64,000 bases of DNA from Sedimentisphaerales bacterium (GTDB lineage Bacteria > Planctomycetota > Phycisphaerae > Sedimentisphaerales > SM23-30). The position numbers and the translations under genes were made by a program. The stretch's first letter is position 1. Every line of letters starts with the position of its first letter. This document shows positions 21,650-31,476 of this stretch, piece after piece. The notes under the pieces were generated by a model. That model was not told the origin of the DNA. It did not search any database and saw only the letters and a program-made list of their open reading frames with translations. The stretch is from the NCBI GenBank assembly GCA_963663965.2, contig CAXXFK010000007.1:32001-96000 (forward strand), read 5' to 3'.

Positions 21650-22330
21650 ATGGAAACAATTTTAGTTATTGAAGACGATCCCGTCATGCAGCGGGGCTTG
21701 ATTGATAATTTTGAGTACCAGGGATATCGGGTCTATGGTGCGACAGATGGCGAAACCGGATTGAATATGGCCCTGGAACTCAAGCCCGACCTGATTTTGC
21801 TGGATATCATGCTGCCCGTTATTAACGGGTATGAGATTTGTCGTCTGATTCGCAAAGAAGAGCTGGATATGCCCATTATCATGCTGACGGCCAAAGGGCA
21901 GGAATCGGATATTATTCTGGGCCTGAATTTGGGCGCGGACGATTATGTTACCAAGCCATTTAGTATACGGGAATTGCTGGCAAGGGTGGAGGCGTTTCTG
22001 CGGCGGCGCCGGTCGGCGATGCCGACAATGATCGAATTCGGGTCCTGTCAATTGAATTTGTCGGCCCATACGTTCTTTAGAAACGGCGTCGAAGAGTCGT
22101 TGTCGCCCCGGGAATATAAGCTTCTGGAACTATTCGTTCAAAAGCCCAATCGGGCGCTGACGCGTAATGAGATATTAAACTGGGTTTGGGGATATGACAG
22201 CATTGTCACCTCGCGAACGATAGACCGGTTTATTAACACCTTGCGTAATAAAGTGGAACCAGATCCCAGGCGCCCTTCTCATATAATTACGATTCGGGAA
22301 GTGGGTTACAAGTTTATATTAGATCCCTAA
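21650..22330 (+). CDS. OmpR/PhoB-family response regulator
   Basis: ILVIEDD, LLDIMLP and GADDYVTKPF receiver motifs; winged helix ending TIREVGYKF. Confidence 0.95.
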   Translation: METILVIEDDPVMQRGLIDNFEYQGYRVYGATDGETGLNMALELKPDLILLDIMLPVINGYEICRLIRKEELDMPIIMLTAKGQESDIILGLNLGADDYVTKPFSIRELLARVEAFLRRRRSAMPTMIEFGSCQLNLSAHTFFRNGVEESLSPREYKLLELFVQKPNRALTRNEILNWVWGYDSIVTSRTIDRFINTLRNKVEPDPRRPSHIITIREVGYKFILDP

Positions 22331-22530
22331 TTCTATTAAAAACATAGGGTTAGGCGTCCCAAGACGAGGGGGTGGATAATGAAGAGGAGCTGGTCGGGCC
22401 GAATATCCTATTAGCCGGGATTATTTTATTGTGTCTCAGTGAGCGATACGATACATTTTTATAATTATTACCCGCTACAGGACTTAGCGGGCTGTCATAT
22501 TGATAAATGTTTATTACATGGAGGTCTATT

Positions 22531-23730
22531 GTGGCCAAGAAAAAAGAACTAAAAAGCGGCAAGAGCGGATCCTATTTATTTACCAGTGAATCTGTTGGTC
22601 GTGGACATCCTGATAAGGTAGCTGACCAGATATCAGATTCGATTCTGGATGCCATGCTGGAGCAGGATCCAACTTCCCGTGTCGCCTGTGAGACTCTTGT
22701 TACTACCGGGCTGGCAGTGATTGCCGGAGAAGTCACTACCCGAGCGGTTGTCGATATTCCGAGTATTGTCCGCCGGACACTGTGCGAAATTGGTTATACC
22801 AAGGCGGAATATGGCATTGATGGCAATAACTGCGCCATTCTTAACGTACTGGGGCGGCAATCGCCGGATATCAGCCAGGGAGTTACAGCGGGCCAGGGTA
22901 AATTTAAGGAACAAGGCGCCGGTGATCAAGGACTGATGTTCGGCTATGCCAGCAATGAAACGCCGGAGTTAATGCCGATGCCCATTCACCTGTCCCATCG
23001 GTTAGTAGAGCGCTATGCCATGTTGAGGAAAAAGAAGGCGTTTTCCTGGATGCGGCCGGATTGCAAGAGTCAGGTAACGATAGAATATTGCGATAAAAAA
23101 CCAGTCAGGATTGATACCATTGTCATGTCCGTTCAGCATGATCCGTCGATTCCTTACAATAAGCTGCGTCAACAGGTCATTGACCATGTTATTATGCCGG
23201 TTCTTCCCAAGCGCATGGTTGACAGCAAGCTTAAATTCTATATTAATCCAACCGGGCGATTTGTTATCGGCGGCCCTCATGGCGATTGTGGATTGACAGG
23301 ACGCAAAATTATCGTGGATACCTATGGCGGCGCCGGGTGTCACGGTGGCGGCGCTTTCAGCGGCAAGGATCCATCCAAGGTGGATCGTTCGGCGTCTTAT
23401 ATGGCCCGTTATGTTGCCAAGAATATCGTGGCTGCCAAACTGGCCCGCCGCTGTGAAATTCAAATTGCTTATGCCATAGGGGTCGCGGAACCGGTTTCGG
23501 TATTGGTTGATACGGATGGCACCGGGATTATCTGTGATCAGGAGCTTACCCGTATTGTCCGGGAATTATTCCCATTGAAACCCGCGGGGATTATCAAGCA
23601 TTTAAATCTGTTGCGTCCGATTTATAAAGAAACTGCGGCTCATGGTCATTTTGGCCGCAAGGGCGAAGGATTTACCTGGGAAAAGACTGATATGGCCGCC
23701 AAGTTGCGCAAGGCTGCCGGACTGAAGTAA
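22531..23730 (+). CDS. metK: S-adenosylmethionine synthetase
   Basis: [19 protein letters not shown] and [16 protein letters not shown] motifs; GGAGG RBS before GTG 22531. Confidence 0.98.
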   Translation: MAKKKELKSGKSGSYLFTSESVGRGHPDKVADQISDSILDAMLEQDPTSRVACETLVTTGLAVIAGEVTTRAVVDIPSIVRRTLCEIGYTKAEYGIDGNNCAILNVLGRQSPDISQGVTAGQGKFKEQGAGDQGLMFGYASNETPELMPMPIHLSHRLVERYAMLRKKKAFSWMRPDCKSQVTIEYCDKKPVRIDTIVMSVQHDPSIPYNKLRQQVIDHVIMPVLPKRMVDSKLKFYINPTGRFVIGGPHGDCGLTGRKIIVDTYGGAGCHGGGAFSGKDPSKVDRSASYMARYVAKNIVAAKLARRCEIQIAYAIGVAEPVSVLVDTDGTGIICDQELTRIVRELFPLKPAGIIKHLNLLRPIYKETAAHGHFGRKGEGFTWEKTDMAAKLRKAAGLK

Positions 23731-23749
23731 TTTGTCATGATACAAAAAG

Positions 23750-23784
23750 AAGCCGGTCCGAAGTTTTTTTGGGCCGGCTTTTTT
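23750..23784. terminator. Bidirectional Rho-independent terminator
   Basis: AAGCCGGTCC/GGGCCGGCTT stem flanked by A- and T-runs, between convergent genes. Confidence 0.75.
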
Positions 23785-25633
23785 ATAGGGTATATTTGGC
23801 GGGTAATGTCACCATAAAGACCGCCCCCTGCCCCTCCTCGCCGCCGACACTTACGGTGCCTTCAAGGATTCCGACCAGCTCTCTGACAATGGCAAGTCCC
23901 AGTCCGACACCGGTATGTTCTCGTGTCACAGAGCCATCGAGTTGGCGGAATTTATCAAATATAATTTCCCGATCCTTTTCGGGCACTCCCGGCCCGGTAT
24001 CGCTGATCGCGACTTGCAGCCAGGGCCGACCAGATTCCTGATGAACGATGCGAGCCCGGATATCGATGCGCCCATCCGGGGGGGTAAATTTTAATGCATT
24101 ACTGAGAATGTTATATAAAATCTGTTGCAGTTTGCCCGCATCAGACTCAATGGTGGCGACATCTGATTCCAGATAAAGATTCAGTTTGAGATTTTTTTCT
24201 TCGGCTTGAGGCCGGGTGATATTCAGCAGGGTATCAACCACATCCCGGAACGAGAACCGGCTGATATGCACTTCCACGCGCCCCGCCTCAATGCGCGCCA
24301 ATTCCAGCAAGTCATTAATAATAGACAGGAGCAGTTGGCCGGATTCCATGATATTGTCGGAGTAGCGGATTTCTTTAGTATCGCCACGCCCCCGTGCTCT
24401 TTCATTCAGAATCTCGGCAAAGCCAATAATGGCGTTTAATGGGGTGCGCAATTCATGGGAAACGTTGGCCAGGAATTCGCTTTTCAGCTTATTCGATTCA
24501 TATAAGGCGATATTCCGGGCTTCGAGCTCGCCCAGCCGGGAATCCAGGGCGCGATATGATTCTCGCAACTGGTCATGAGTAATGCGCAGACGGGTCAGCA
24601 TCTGATAAAAGGCGTCGGCAAGACGTTCGAATTCATCGCCGGTTTTAATGGTTTCGATTATTTTCAGGGCCGCTTCCCAGCTGTCTTCATGAGAACGGAT
24701 ATCTGATTCGGCGTCGGTAGAATTGTTGCCAGGTTCTTCATCGGCTTCTGCATCGTGCGGGCCTACCGTTACCTGGTCGGCCGCGTGGCGCAAGGCCCGG
24801 ACGGGGCCGAGAATCACGCGCTGGGTAATCAGATAAAAAATTACAATCGCGCACAGACAAGACAGAACGCCTCCCACGATGATGGCAATTCGATTGAATA
24901 ACAGGGTGGTGGCCGTTTGACCGGCCGGCAACACTACCGAGATCAGGCCCACCAGCTGGCCTTCGGTAAAGATTTTGAGCTTGGGAGGGATCCGGCCTCC
25001 TTCTGTGACTTGAGATTCCAGCGTTGCGACAGCCTGGGCGCCGTGACAGAACAGGCAGCGCCCGTTAACTCGCAACGCACTGACATAGTGGCCCTGAACT
25101 TCACCCGGCAGAGAAGACCTGACGGTTTCTAAGAAATTAGGATCTTGTGGATCAATCCAGACAAAGTCCGGGGGTTGTTCCAATTGTGTAGGCCATTTGT
25201 TAAAAACAAACCGTTCATTTAGCGAGGGGTCTTCACGAAAATGTCGAATGCCGTTGCGAATGAAACCGTTTTGAGGAATATTCGACAAGTCATCTGGATC
25301 TTCATTCAGGCTCAGCCATTGGGTAAAAGGGGCTGGATTGCGGTTTTCGTTTTCTGGTTTTGGCTCTTCGTCATTAGTTGATTCAGACGATGGCATCAAG
25401 GGCCGGGGCCGGGACGGATCCTGATTGAGGTGCTGTTTAATAATATTTGAGACTTCGACCCGGGCCAGTTCGAGCTTGCCTTGTTCGACAAGCTTATCCA
25501 TCCACCGGTAAGGGATGATCAGGCCGGCGCTGACCACCAGCAATACTGCCGCGGCGAATCCAATGCGGCATTTCGTCGCCAGTGATAGCGAAAAGCGCTT
25601 GTCCGGATCGAATTTAAAAAACCATTTTACCAT
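23783..25633 (-). CDS. Sensor histidine kinase with a periplasmic CxxCH (DUF3365-like heme c) domain and HAMP
   Basis: CLFCH between two TM segments; NVSHELRTPL, NALKF, DTGPG and GVGLGL. Confidence 0.9.
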   Translation of the reverse strand: MVKWFFKFDPDKRFSLSLATKCRIGFAAAVLLVVSAGLIIPYRWMDKLVEQGKLELARVEVSNIIKQHLNQDPSRPRPLMPSSESTNDEEPKPENENRNPAPFTQWLSLNEDPDDLSNIPQNGFIRNGIRHFREDPSLNERFVFNKWPTQLEQPPDFVWIDPQDPNFLETVRSSLPGEVQGHYVSALRVNGRCLFCHGAQAVATLESQVTEGGRIPPKLKIFTEGQLVGLISVVLPAGQTATTLLFNRIAIIVGGVLSCLCAIVIFYLITQRVILGPVRALRHAADQVTVGPHDAEADEEPGNNSTDAESDIRSHEDSWEAALKIIETIKTGDEFERLADAFYQMLTRLRITHDQLRESYRALDSRLGELEARNIALYESNKLKSEFLANVSHELRTPLNAIIGFAEILNERARGRGDTKEIRYSDNIMESGQLLLSIINDLLELARIEAGRVEVHISRFSFRDVVDTLLNITRPQAEEKNLKLNLYLESDVATIESDAGKLQQILYNILSNALKFTPPDGRIDIRARIVHQESGRPWLQVAISDTGPGVPEKDREIIFDKFRQLDGSVTREHTGVGLGLAIVRELVGILEGTVSVGGEEGQGAVFMVTLPAKYTL

Positions 25634-27900
25634 AAATTGAGTTTGGGGGCCATGATGCTGGATGGCTCGATATTCATTTCGCGGAGGAGGTCATGGGCGC
25701 GATCGACATAATCCATGATCCACAGGACATAACGAATGTCTGCGTGAATGGACCGGTTTATTTCCGGCACAAACATCCAGTCGCTGACGAGACCTTCGGT
25801 AATGCCATCGAACAGCAAGCCGACCAGTTCGCCCCGGTTGTTCATGGTGGCGGATCCTGAATTGCCCCCCGTTGTGTCAACATCTGACAGGAAGTCAACG
25901 GTAACTTCATTGTAATCCGGGTGAATATAAGGCCCCCAGATTTGTTTTCGCAAGGCCTGGATTTCTCTATCGGGAGCATTGAATGGCTCTTCGCCAGTAT
26001 TCTTCTGTATAATCTGGTGAGTGGTGGTAAAGGGATCATAAACCTCGTCATCAGGTTGCGGTCGATAACCATGGACCTTGCCATAGGTGACCCTGAGCGT
26101 ACTATTGGCATCGGGCGCGAGAACCCCACCCACAAACTGACGCAGGGCCTGCATATAGCGGGGCCGCAATATGGCCATTTTTCCGCTGTAACGCTTGCCA
26201 TCATCTTCCTGTGTTTTCAAGATGGAGTGAAGGCGTAAAGCCATCTGTATAAAAGCATCGTCATTTTGCCCAAGGCCTTCCATGGAAGCTGATTTCAACC
26301 ATTCCACCCGCTTTTCAACATCTTCGATGGTTATGGCCTGGTGGTATAATTTATCTACCGCCGAGTCAATCTGATCAGGGCCGAGCGAGGGCTGGCCAGT
26401 CAGGGCCTGAAGAATGTCAGAGTTCTGGTCCGGCTCGAGTTTAATCAATTCGGCCAGATGGAAACGGAGCATTGCCTGGTCAATAGCCCGATCATAGCTG
26501 TCTTGCTTGCGATATTGCCCCTGGATCATGTTGTCCCAGTTTCGTTTTTGATAGGCGGGGTCACGTCTGGCGTCTGATTTGGGTCGTTCTTCCGCCATTC
26601 GCACGATATCCCGGGCGGAGCCCAGCATATCTACTGTTCTTAAAAGGCTGCCCAGCAAAACATTGCGTTTATGTGCCTGGTGTTGTTCGGCATTAACTTT
26701 TTCAATTTCATCAAGAACCGTACCGAATTGTTCGATCCGCCGTGGGTCCTGATTAATCCATGATATTAAGTCGGCCTGTTGCTGTTCTTTTGTGGCCAGG
26801 AAGTTCCAATGTTGCAGGCTTTCCTGTAAGTAGGTCATGTATTGCGAACTGTTCATATAGCCAAAGCGCTGGCGCTTGACTTTGATTTCGAGTTCTTCAG
26901 ACTGCTTACCCAGTTCATCCAGTAATGCAATCAACTGATTGTATAAGTAAATGCGAAATGGATTGGCGGTTTCAATGGTAAATTTCGCTTCATCGGCAGT
27001 TTTGAGGCGGGAGGTCCGGCCGGGGAAGCCGGCAACCATGACGAAGTCGCCCGCCCGCAGAGGGGTAGTGGCAAGCTTAAGATAATGTTTGGGGCGATAG
27101 GGCACATTATCGGGCGAATAGTCAGCGGGTTTGCCATCTGGTCCGACATAAGCCCGGAAAAAGGCATAGTCTCCGCAATGGCGCGGCCAATGCCAGTTGT
27201 CGACATCGCCGCCAAAATACCCGATGCCGCTGGCCGGGGCATAAACCAGGCGGATGTCTTTAATTTCAAGCTGTTTGATGAGGACGTATAAATCTCCTTC
27301 AAAATAGCTTTTTACCGACGCGCGGATACCCGCTTCAGCAGTTTCGCATTTTTTTACCATTTTTTTGATACGGTTTTCGATTTCGTCATGACGCTTCAAA
27401 TCATCCTTAATTTTGTTGAGGCCATGCGTTATGGTGTCAGTTACATCAATAAATTCCTGACAGACATAAACACGGCTGCCGGCTTCTTTGGGGCGTTCAT
27501 CCGCGCGATCTTTGGCAAGAAATCCGTTTTGAAGCATATTTTCTTCAGGAGTGGAGTTGTATTGTAATGATGAAATGGCGCAGTGATGGTTGGTGATAAT
27601 CAGGCCTTCCGGCGATACAAAGGAGGAAGAGCAGCCGCCAAAATTAACGATGGCGCCCAATGGGAAGCCCAGGGGGTCAGATAAGGTATCGGCAACTTCG
27701 ACGCCCAGCGCTTCAAGGATGGCCCGATGATATTCCAGCTGGCGGGGCATCCACATCCCGCCGGGGTCTTCAAAGGATTCCAGTGAAACACCTTCGGCGC
27801 TGAGCGGTTCTATGGGCTCAACTTGTGCCGGACGTGGGGCGCAACCCGAGAACGTGATAAGCAGCATCGGGACAATTGCGAATAGCAGGGCCTTTTTCAT
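25627..27900 (-). CDS. S46-family dipeptidyl peptidase lipoprotein (DPP7-like)
   Basis: Lipobox FSGC; GMWMP, TNHHC, NWHWPRHCGD, PDANSTLR and TTGGNSGS motifs; FDG rather than FDR at the specificity position. Confidence 0.92.
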   Translation of the reverse strand: MKKALLFAIVPMLLITFSGCAPRPAQVEPIEPLSAEGVSLESFEDPGGMWMPRQLEYHRAILEALGVEVADTLSDPLGFPLGAIVNFGGCSSSFVSPEGLIITNHHCAISSLQYNSTPEENMLQNGFLAKDRADERPKEAGSRVYVCQEFIDVTDTITHGLNKIKDDLKRHDEIENRIKKMVKKCETAEAGIRASVKSYFEGDLYVLIKQLEIKDIRLVYAPASGIGYFGGDVDNWHWPRHCGDYAFFRAYVGPDGKPADYSPDNVPYRPKHYLKLATTPLRAGDFVMVAGFPGRTSRLKTADEAKFTIETANPFRIYLYNQLIALLDELGKQSEELEIKVKRQRFGYMNSSQYMTYLQESLQHWNFLATKEQQQADLISWINQDPRRIEQFGTVLDEIEKVNAEQHQAHKRNVLLGSLLRTVDMLGSARDIVRMAEERPKSDARRDPAYQKRNWDNMIQGQYRKQDSYDRAIDQAMLRFHLAELIKLEPDQNSDILQALTGQPSLGPDQIDSAVDKLYHQAITIEDVEKRVEWLKSASMEGLGQNDDAFIQMALRLHSILKTQEDDGKRYSGKMAILRPRYMQALRQFVGGVLAPDANSTLRVTYGKVHGYRPQPDDEVYDPFTTTHQIIQKNTGEEPFNAPDREIQALRKQIWGPYIHPDYNEVTVDFLSDVDTTGGNSGSATMNNRGELVGLLFDGITEGLVSDWMFVPEINRSIHADIRYVLWIMDYVDRAHDLLREMNIEPSSIMAPKLNLW

Positions 27901-28045
27901 TTTTGGGATACCTTTCTCTGAACAGAAGCATAAATTCTGGTTCTTTATAAGTTTTAAGCTTAAAGATCCTATAATAACCGCGGTTGGGAGTTATGACAAT
28001 GAGGAAATGTGGCTCTCATAACGGTTTATGTAAAGAAATGGATTT

Positions 28046-28244
28046 ATTGGCTTCGTTTCGTCGGGCAATGGCCGGGATAGGGATTGGTGATAATGGGATC
28101 GGTTTTCGGAGTGACTGACGCGGCCGGTTAAGTGAATTGTGAACATTGGGTTCGTTCCGCAGGGCCATGGTGGCAGCCCACGCTGGTTGCAACCTGTTGC
28201 TTTATAAATACTTTGGAATAAACCGGCTGACAATGGGTTCGTTT
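28046..28244 (+). repeat. Four copies of a 13-bp direct repeat, consensus AWTGGSWTCGKT
   Basis: ATTGGCTTCGTTT (28046), AATGGGATCGGTT (28092), ATTGGGTTCGTTC (28145) and AATGGGTTCGTTT (28232), all intergenic. Confidence 0.65.
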
Positions 28245-28289
28245 TAAAACTTAACAGCCACGGGCTTGATCTAATATTGGGCGATCTTT

Positions 28290-28802
28290 TTATTGAACAG
28301 AGGATTGGAGTTGTTGCATTTTCAGGGCGTAGCGATAGCAGAAATAAAGCGGGAAAATGCCGACAATGCCAAACTGGCAATCGATTATTTGCCAGAAAAA
28401 AGGAATGCCGCGCAGGGGGCCGCAGATCAGGGCAAGCGGCAAGATCATCAGGCAGAGCAGCATGCCCCACTGAAACAGCCAGATATTGCGGACCGGGTCG
28501 CGCCAGGCGCCCCAGAAGGCCAGGGCAATGCCAAGGTGGGCAAGGGCCAGCCAATCGGTGCCGTAAAACATAAAGGGCTGGTGGCGCTGGATCTCGTTCA
28601 GGCCATTGTATATTTTATCAATCCAGGCGGCCAAAGATGCCAGATGGGCGCCGATTGGCGAACCGCAGCCGAAATGGCGATGTAAAATTCCCAGTTCCCA
28701 GACCAGGGGGAACGCGGTGATTCCACTGAGTAGCAGGCCGAGAATAAACGCGGCCAGAATAATTCGCAATCGAAACAGCAGTCGATGATACTCTTGATTC
28801 AT
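28290..28802 (-). CDS. Hypothetical polytopic membrane protein
   Basis: About four TM segments, motif YGTDWLALAH...RDPVRNIW, GAGGTG RBS before ATG 28802. Confidence 0.75.
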   Translation of the reverse strand: MNQEYHRLLFRLRIILAAFILGLLLSGITAFPLVWELGILHRHFGCGSPIGAHLASLAAWIDKIYNGLNEIQRHQPFMFYGTDWLALAHLGIALAFWGAWRDPVRNIWLFQWGMLLCLMILPLALICGPLRGIPFFWQIIDCQFGIVGIFPLYFCYRYALKMQQLQSSVQ

Positions 28803-29038
28803 CACACACCTCAGGAACAAATAATGATTTTGAGTTTTTAGATAAAACTCATGATGGGAGGGATTATTTGCTGTTATTGAATTGTTGACAAATATTTTAC
28901 ACATAGACAGCTTTGTCCGGATGGGTATAATAACCAGACAGGATAAGTTATCGCGTCTGAATGTTATGGGAACACTGTCCGATCAAAAAGAGCGACAAAG
29001 CCAATAATAACTTTTTATAGACCAAAGGATGTGTGTTT

Positions 29039-30874
29039 ATGATCGATCGAGAACGACATTGGCGGCGGGGTTTTACTTTAATCGAATTACTGGTAGTGGT
29101 TGGATTGATCGCGCTATTAACCAGCCTGGCGATTCCGGCGTTGAATAAGGCCCGTGAGGTTTTGAAGGGCAAAACCAAGGCGCCAGCCCTGCAAGTGGTG
29201 CAGGCCGAGGCCCCCCCGACCAATTTGCCCGGGTTGCCGGAGGCAAGGCAGCTTTTCGATTCAGTCCATATGAATGTTATCATTAATGCCCAATACCAGA
29301 GTCAAGGCTTCGACATTGTAAACAGCTATGATGCGTTGTGTTCGGGACAATTTGGATTTCATACTGTTGCGAATCAACCCAACATTCAATTGTTTATACC
29401 ATTTCCCATGGATATTCTGGAGGCGAGAGATATCTAGGTCCGTTTTATCAGCGAATCGGATGGCCGGCAATGGGAGCCGGATAACATTGTTTATTATCAA
29501 CAGGGCATATACTGGGAAGGCGCGCTTCGGGCAGAGGGGCGCTATCGGGTTCAGGCCAGTTTCACGGTTCGGGGCCAGGAGTATTTTCACTATCGATTGC
29601 CCGCGATAAACAAGCTGGATACTTTGGGCTATACGGTTGAATTTCATGGTGTTGAAACCTTTACTGTTCCGAAACACTGTCTTCAGCCAACCCAAAGTTC
29701 AGACAATAAGCTGGAGTGGTCCTTTAACAATATTATTACCAACAGACCGCTGGCGATTGAGATTCCGGGCGCCCGCAGCGCGATGGGAGGCGTCACTCTA
29801 TTGTCGCGCCTGGCCGCAATTGCCGTGCTGTTGTTTGGTGCGGGATTCTGGTATCTAAGCGAATGGAATAAGCCGGGGCAACTGAAGGATTTTCGCTGGG
29901 GGCATTTTTTCTTACTGGCATTGAATTATTCATTGTTTTTTATTATCTTTGCAATTATCCGTTTTCAGGGGCATATTGGAACCTGGCTGGCGATTGTCCT
30001 GTCGGCGGCCCTGTCTTTGCCCTTGCTGTTTTTACACCTGACGCGATTTTTGAATCGTGATTTTGCCCTTAAATATATTTTACCGCTGGCCGTGTTCACG
30101 CTGGCGATCGTTATCAACGGAGTTTATGGGCGCACATTACGAGACTATGTCTTTGTTGCCGCGCTGGTGGCCGTACTGGGCTTTGTTACGGTGACATTCA
30201 AGGCGTGGGCCGAAAAACGGACGGACTATCTGGCCGATATCCAGCGGCAGCGCAAAGAAAAATTTGACGCGCTATGCCATCGGTTTTATGTTGAGGCCGG
30301 CAAACCCTGGGCCCAGGCCCTGGCGCTCGATAGCGAGGCGGCTCGCCTGATGAATTTGCATCAAGACGTTCAAAGCCGGGCTTCGGGCGCGATGATCCAG
30401 CAGGCCCATGAGGCCATGAAGCGTTTGCAGGGTGAGTACAAGCAAATGAGTGAATCTCTGGAGCTTTATTCAAAGAGCAACAGCCTGTTGTCTGATCCCC
30501 TGCTTAACGAGAAGCAGTCTTCGATGGGGCGGTTTGAGGGTCAGCTTAACGGAGTGATGAAGACCTTGGAACAGGCGATGGCAGACTTTAATCAAGAGTT
30601 GGTTTCCGGCCGGGCCGGAGACGATGTTGCCGGCGTTTGTTGTCTGGCCTGCGGAAGCCGGGTGTCGCCGAGCCGGTTCTGCCCGGAATGTGGCGCCGCC
30701 CAGGCGATATCACCGGCATGTGAGGGGTGTGGTGCCACGATTACCATTGCGTCCCATATGGTTTGTGATTCGACCGAGCCATTGAAACTGTTTTGTCCCC
30801 AGTGTGGCCGGGCCTACCGGCCAGTGACCATTCCGGTGGCATTCTCCACCGAAAAAGAGGCCGCGAAGGAATGA
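29039..30874 (+). pseudogene. Prepilin-leader / CreD-like polytopic membrane / zinc-ribbon protein interrupted by one in-frame TAG (29435-29437)
   Basis: ORFs 29033..29437 and 29597..30874 share a frame and the 53 codons between them are open. RRG|FTLIELLVV leader, about five TM segments, four CxxC pairs. Confidence 0.7.
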
Positions 30875-30948
30875 GGCGATGCGGGACTGTCTGAAAGGCA
30901 ATTTATGTTGAGAAAAGTAAGATTTATCTCCCAGGAAAGGAATGCAGG

Positions 30949-31464
30949 ATGAGTTATATTATGGTGGATATCGAGGCGGACGGCCCGATACCGGGCGACT
31001 ATTCGATGGTCTGTTTCGGCGCGATTGTTATCGAGCCGGATTTGAACCGGTCGTTCTATGGTCAGTTGAGACCGGTTTCGCAACACTGGGCGCCTGAAGC
31101 CCTGAAAGTCAGTGGATTCTGCCGCCAGGAAACGCTCGCCTTTGACGCGCCTGAAATAGTAATGGCGAAATTCGATAAGTGGATTCAGGCTAACAGCAAG
31201 GGCCGGCCGATGTTTGTTTCAGACAATAACGGGTTTGACTGGCAGTTCATCAACTGGTATTTCCATCATTTTCTGGGCCGCAACCCATTCGGGCACAGTT
31301 CAACCAACCTGGGATCACTTTATAAGGGGCTAGTAAGAAATATGGGCCAGAACTTTAAACACTTGCGCCGGACACGGCACACGCACCACCCGGTAGATGA
31401 TGCCCGGGGCAATGCCGAAGCCATGCTTCATCTGGCGGATGAATATGGACTGAATATAAGGTGA
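30949..31464 (+). CDS. DEDDh 3'-5' exo(ribo)nuclease, Rv2179c/RNase AS-like
   Basis: VDIEADGP, FDWQF and HHPVDDA motifs. Confidence 0.85.
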   Translation: MSYIMVDIEADGPIPGDYSMVCFGAIVIEPDLNRSFYGQLRPVSQHWAPEALKVSGFCRQETLAFDAPEIVMAKFDKWIQANSKGRPMFVSDNNGFDWQFINWYFHHFLGRNPFGHSSTNLGSLYKGLVRNMGQNFKHLRRTRHTHHPVDDARGNAEAMLHLADEYGLNIR

Positions 31465-31476
31465 TGTACGATTGGC

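Noticed and set aside
22331..22530. SAM riboswitch upstream of metK
   Set aside because: Only a 7-bp hairpin (CCCGCTA/TAGCGGG) and fragments such as TGATAAATGT are present; the SAM-I and SAM-II cores are not matched by eye.
28046..28244. CRISPR array
   Set aside because: Repeats are only 13 bp, degenerate and irregularly spaced, and there are no cas genes.
27991..28554. 187-aa minus-strand ORF with repeated TNP/TKP motifs
   Set aside because: It overlaps a better-supported gene in another frame, and the peptide repeats are just translations of the DNA repeat.
29435..29437. Genome-wide TAG reassignment
   Set aside because: hisA, feoB, groEL and gspE end at TAG at their expected lengths.
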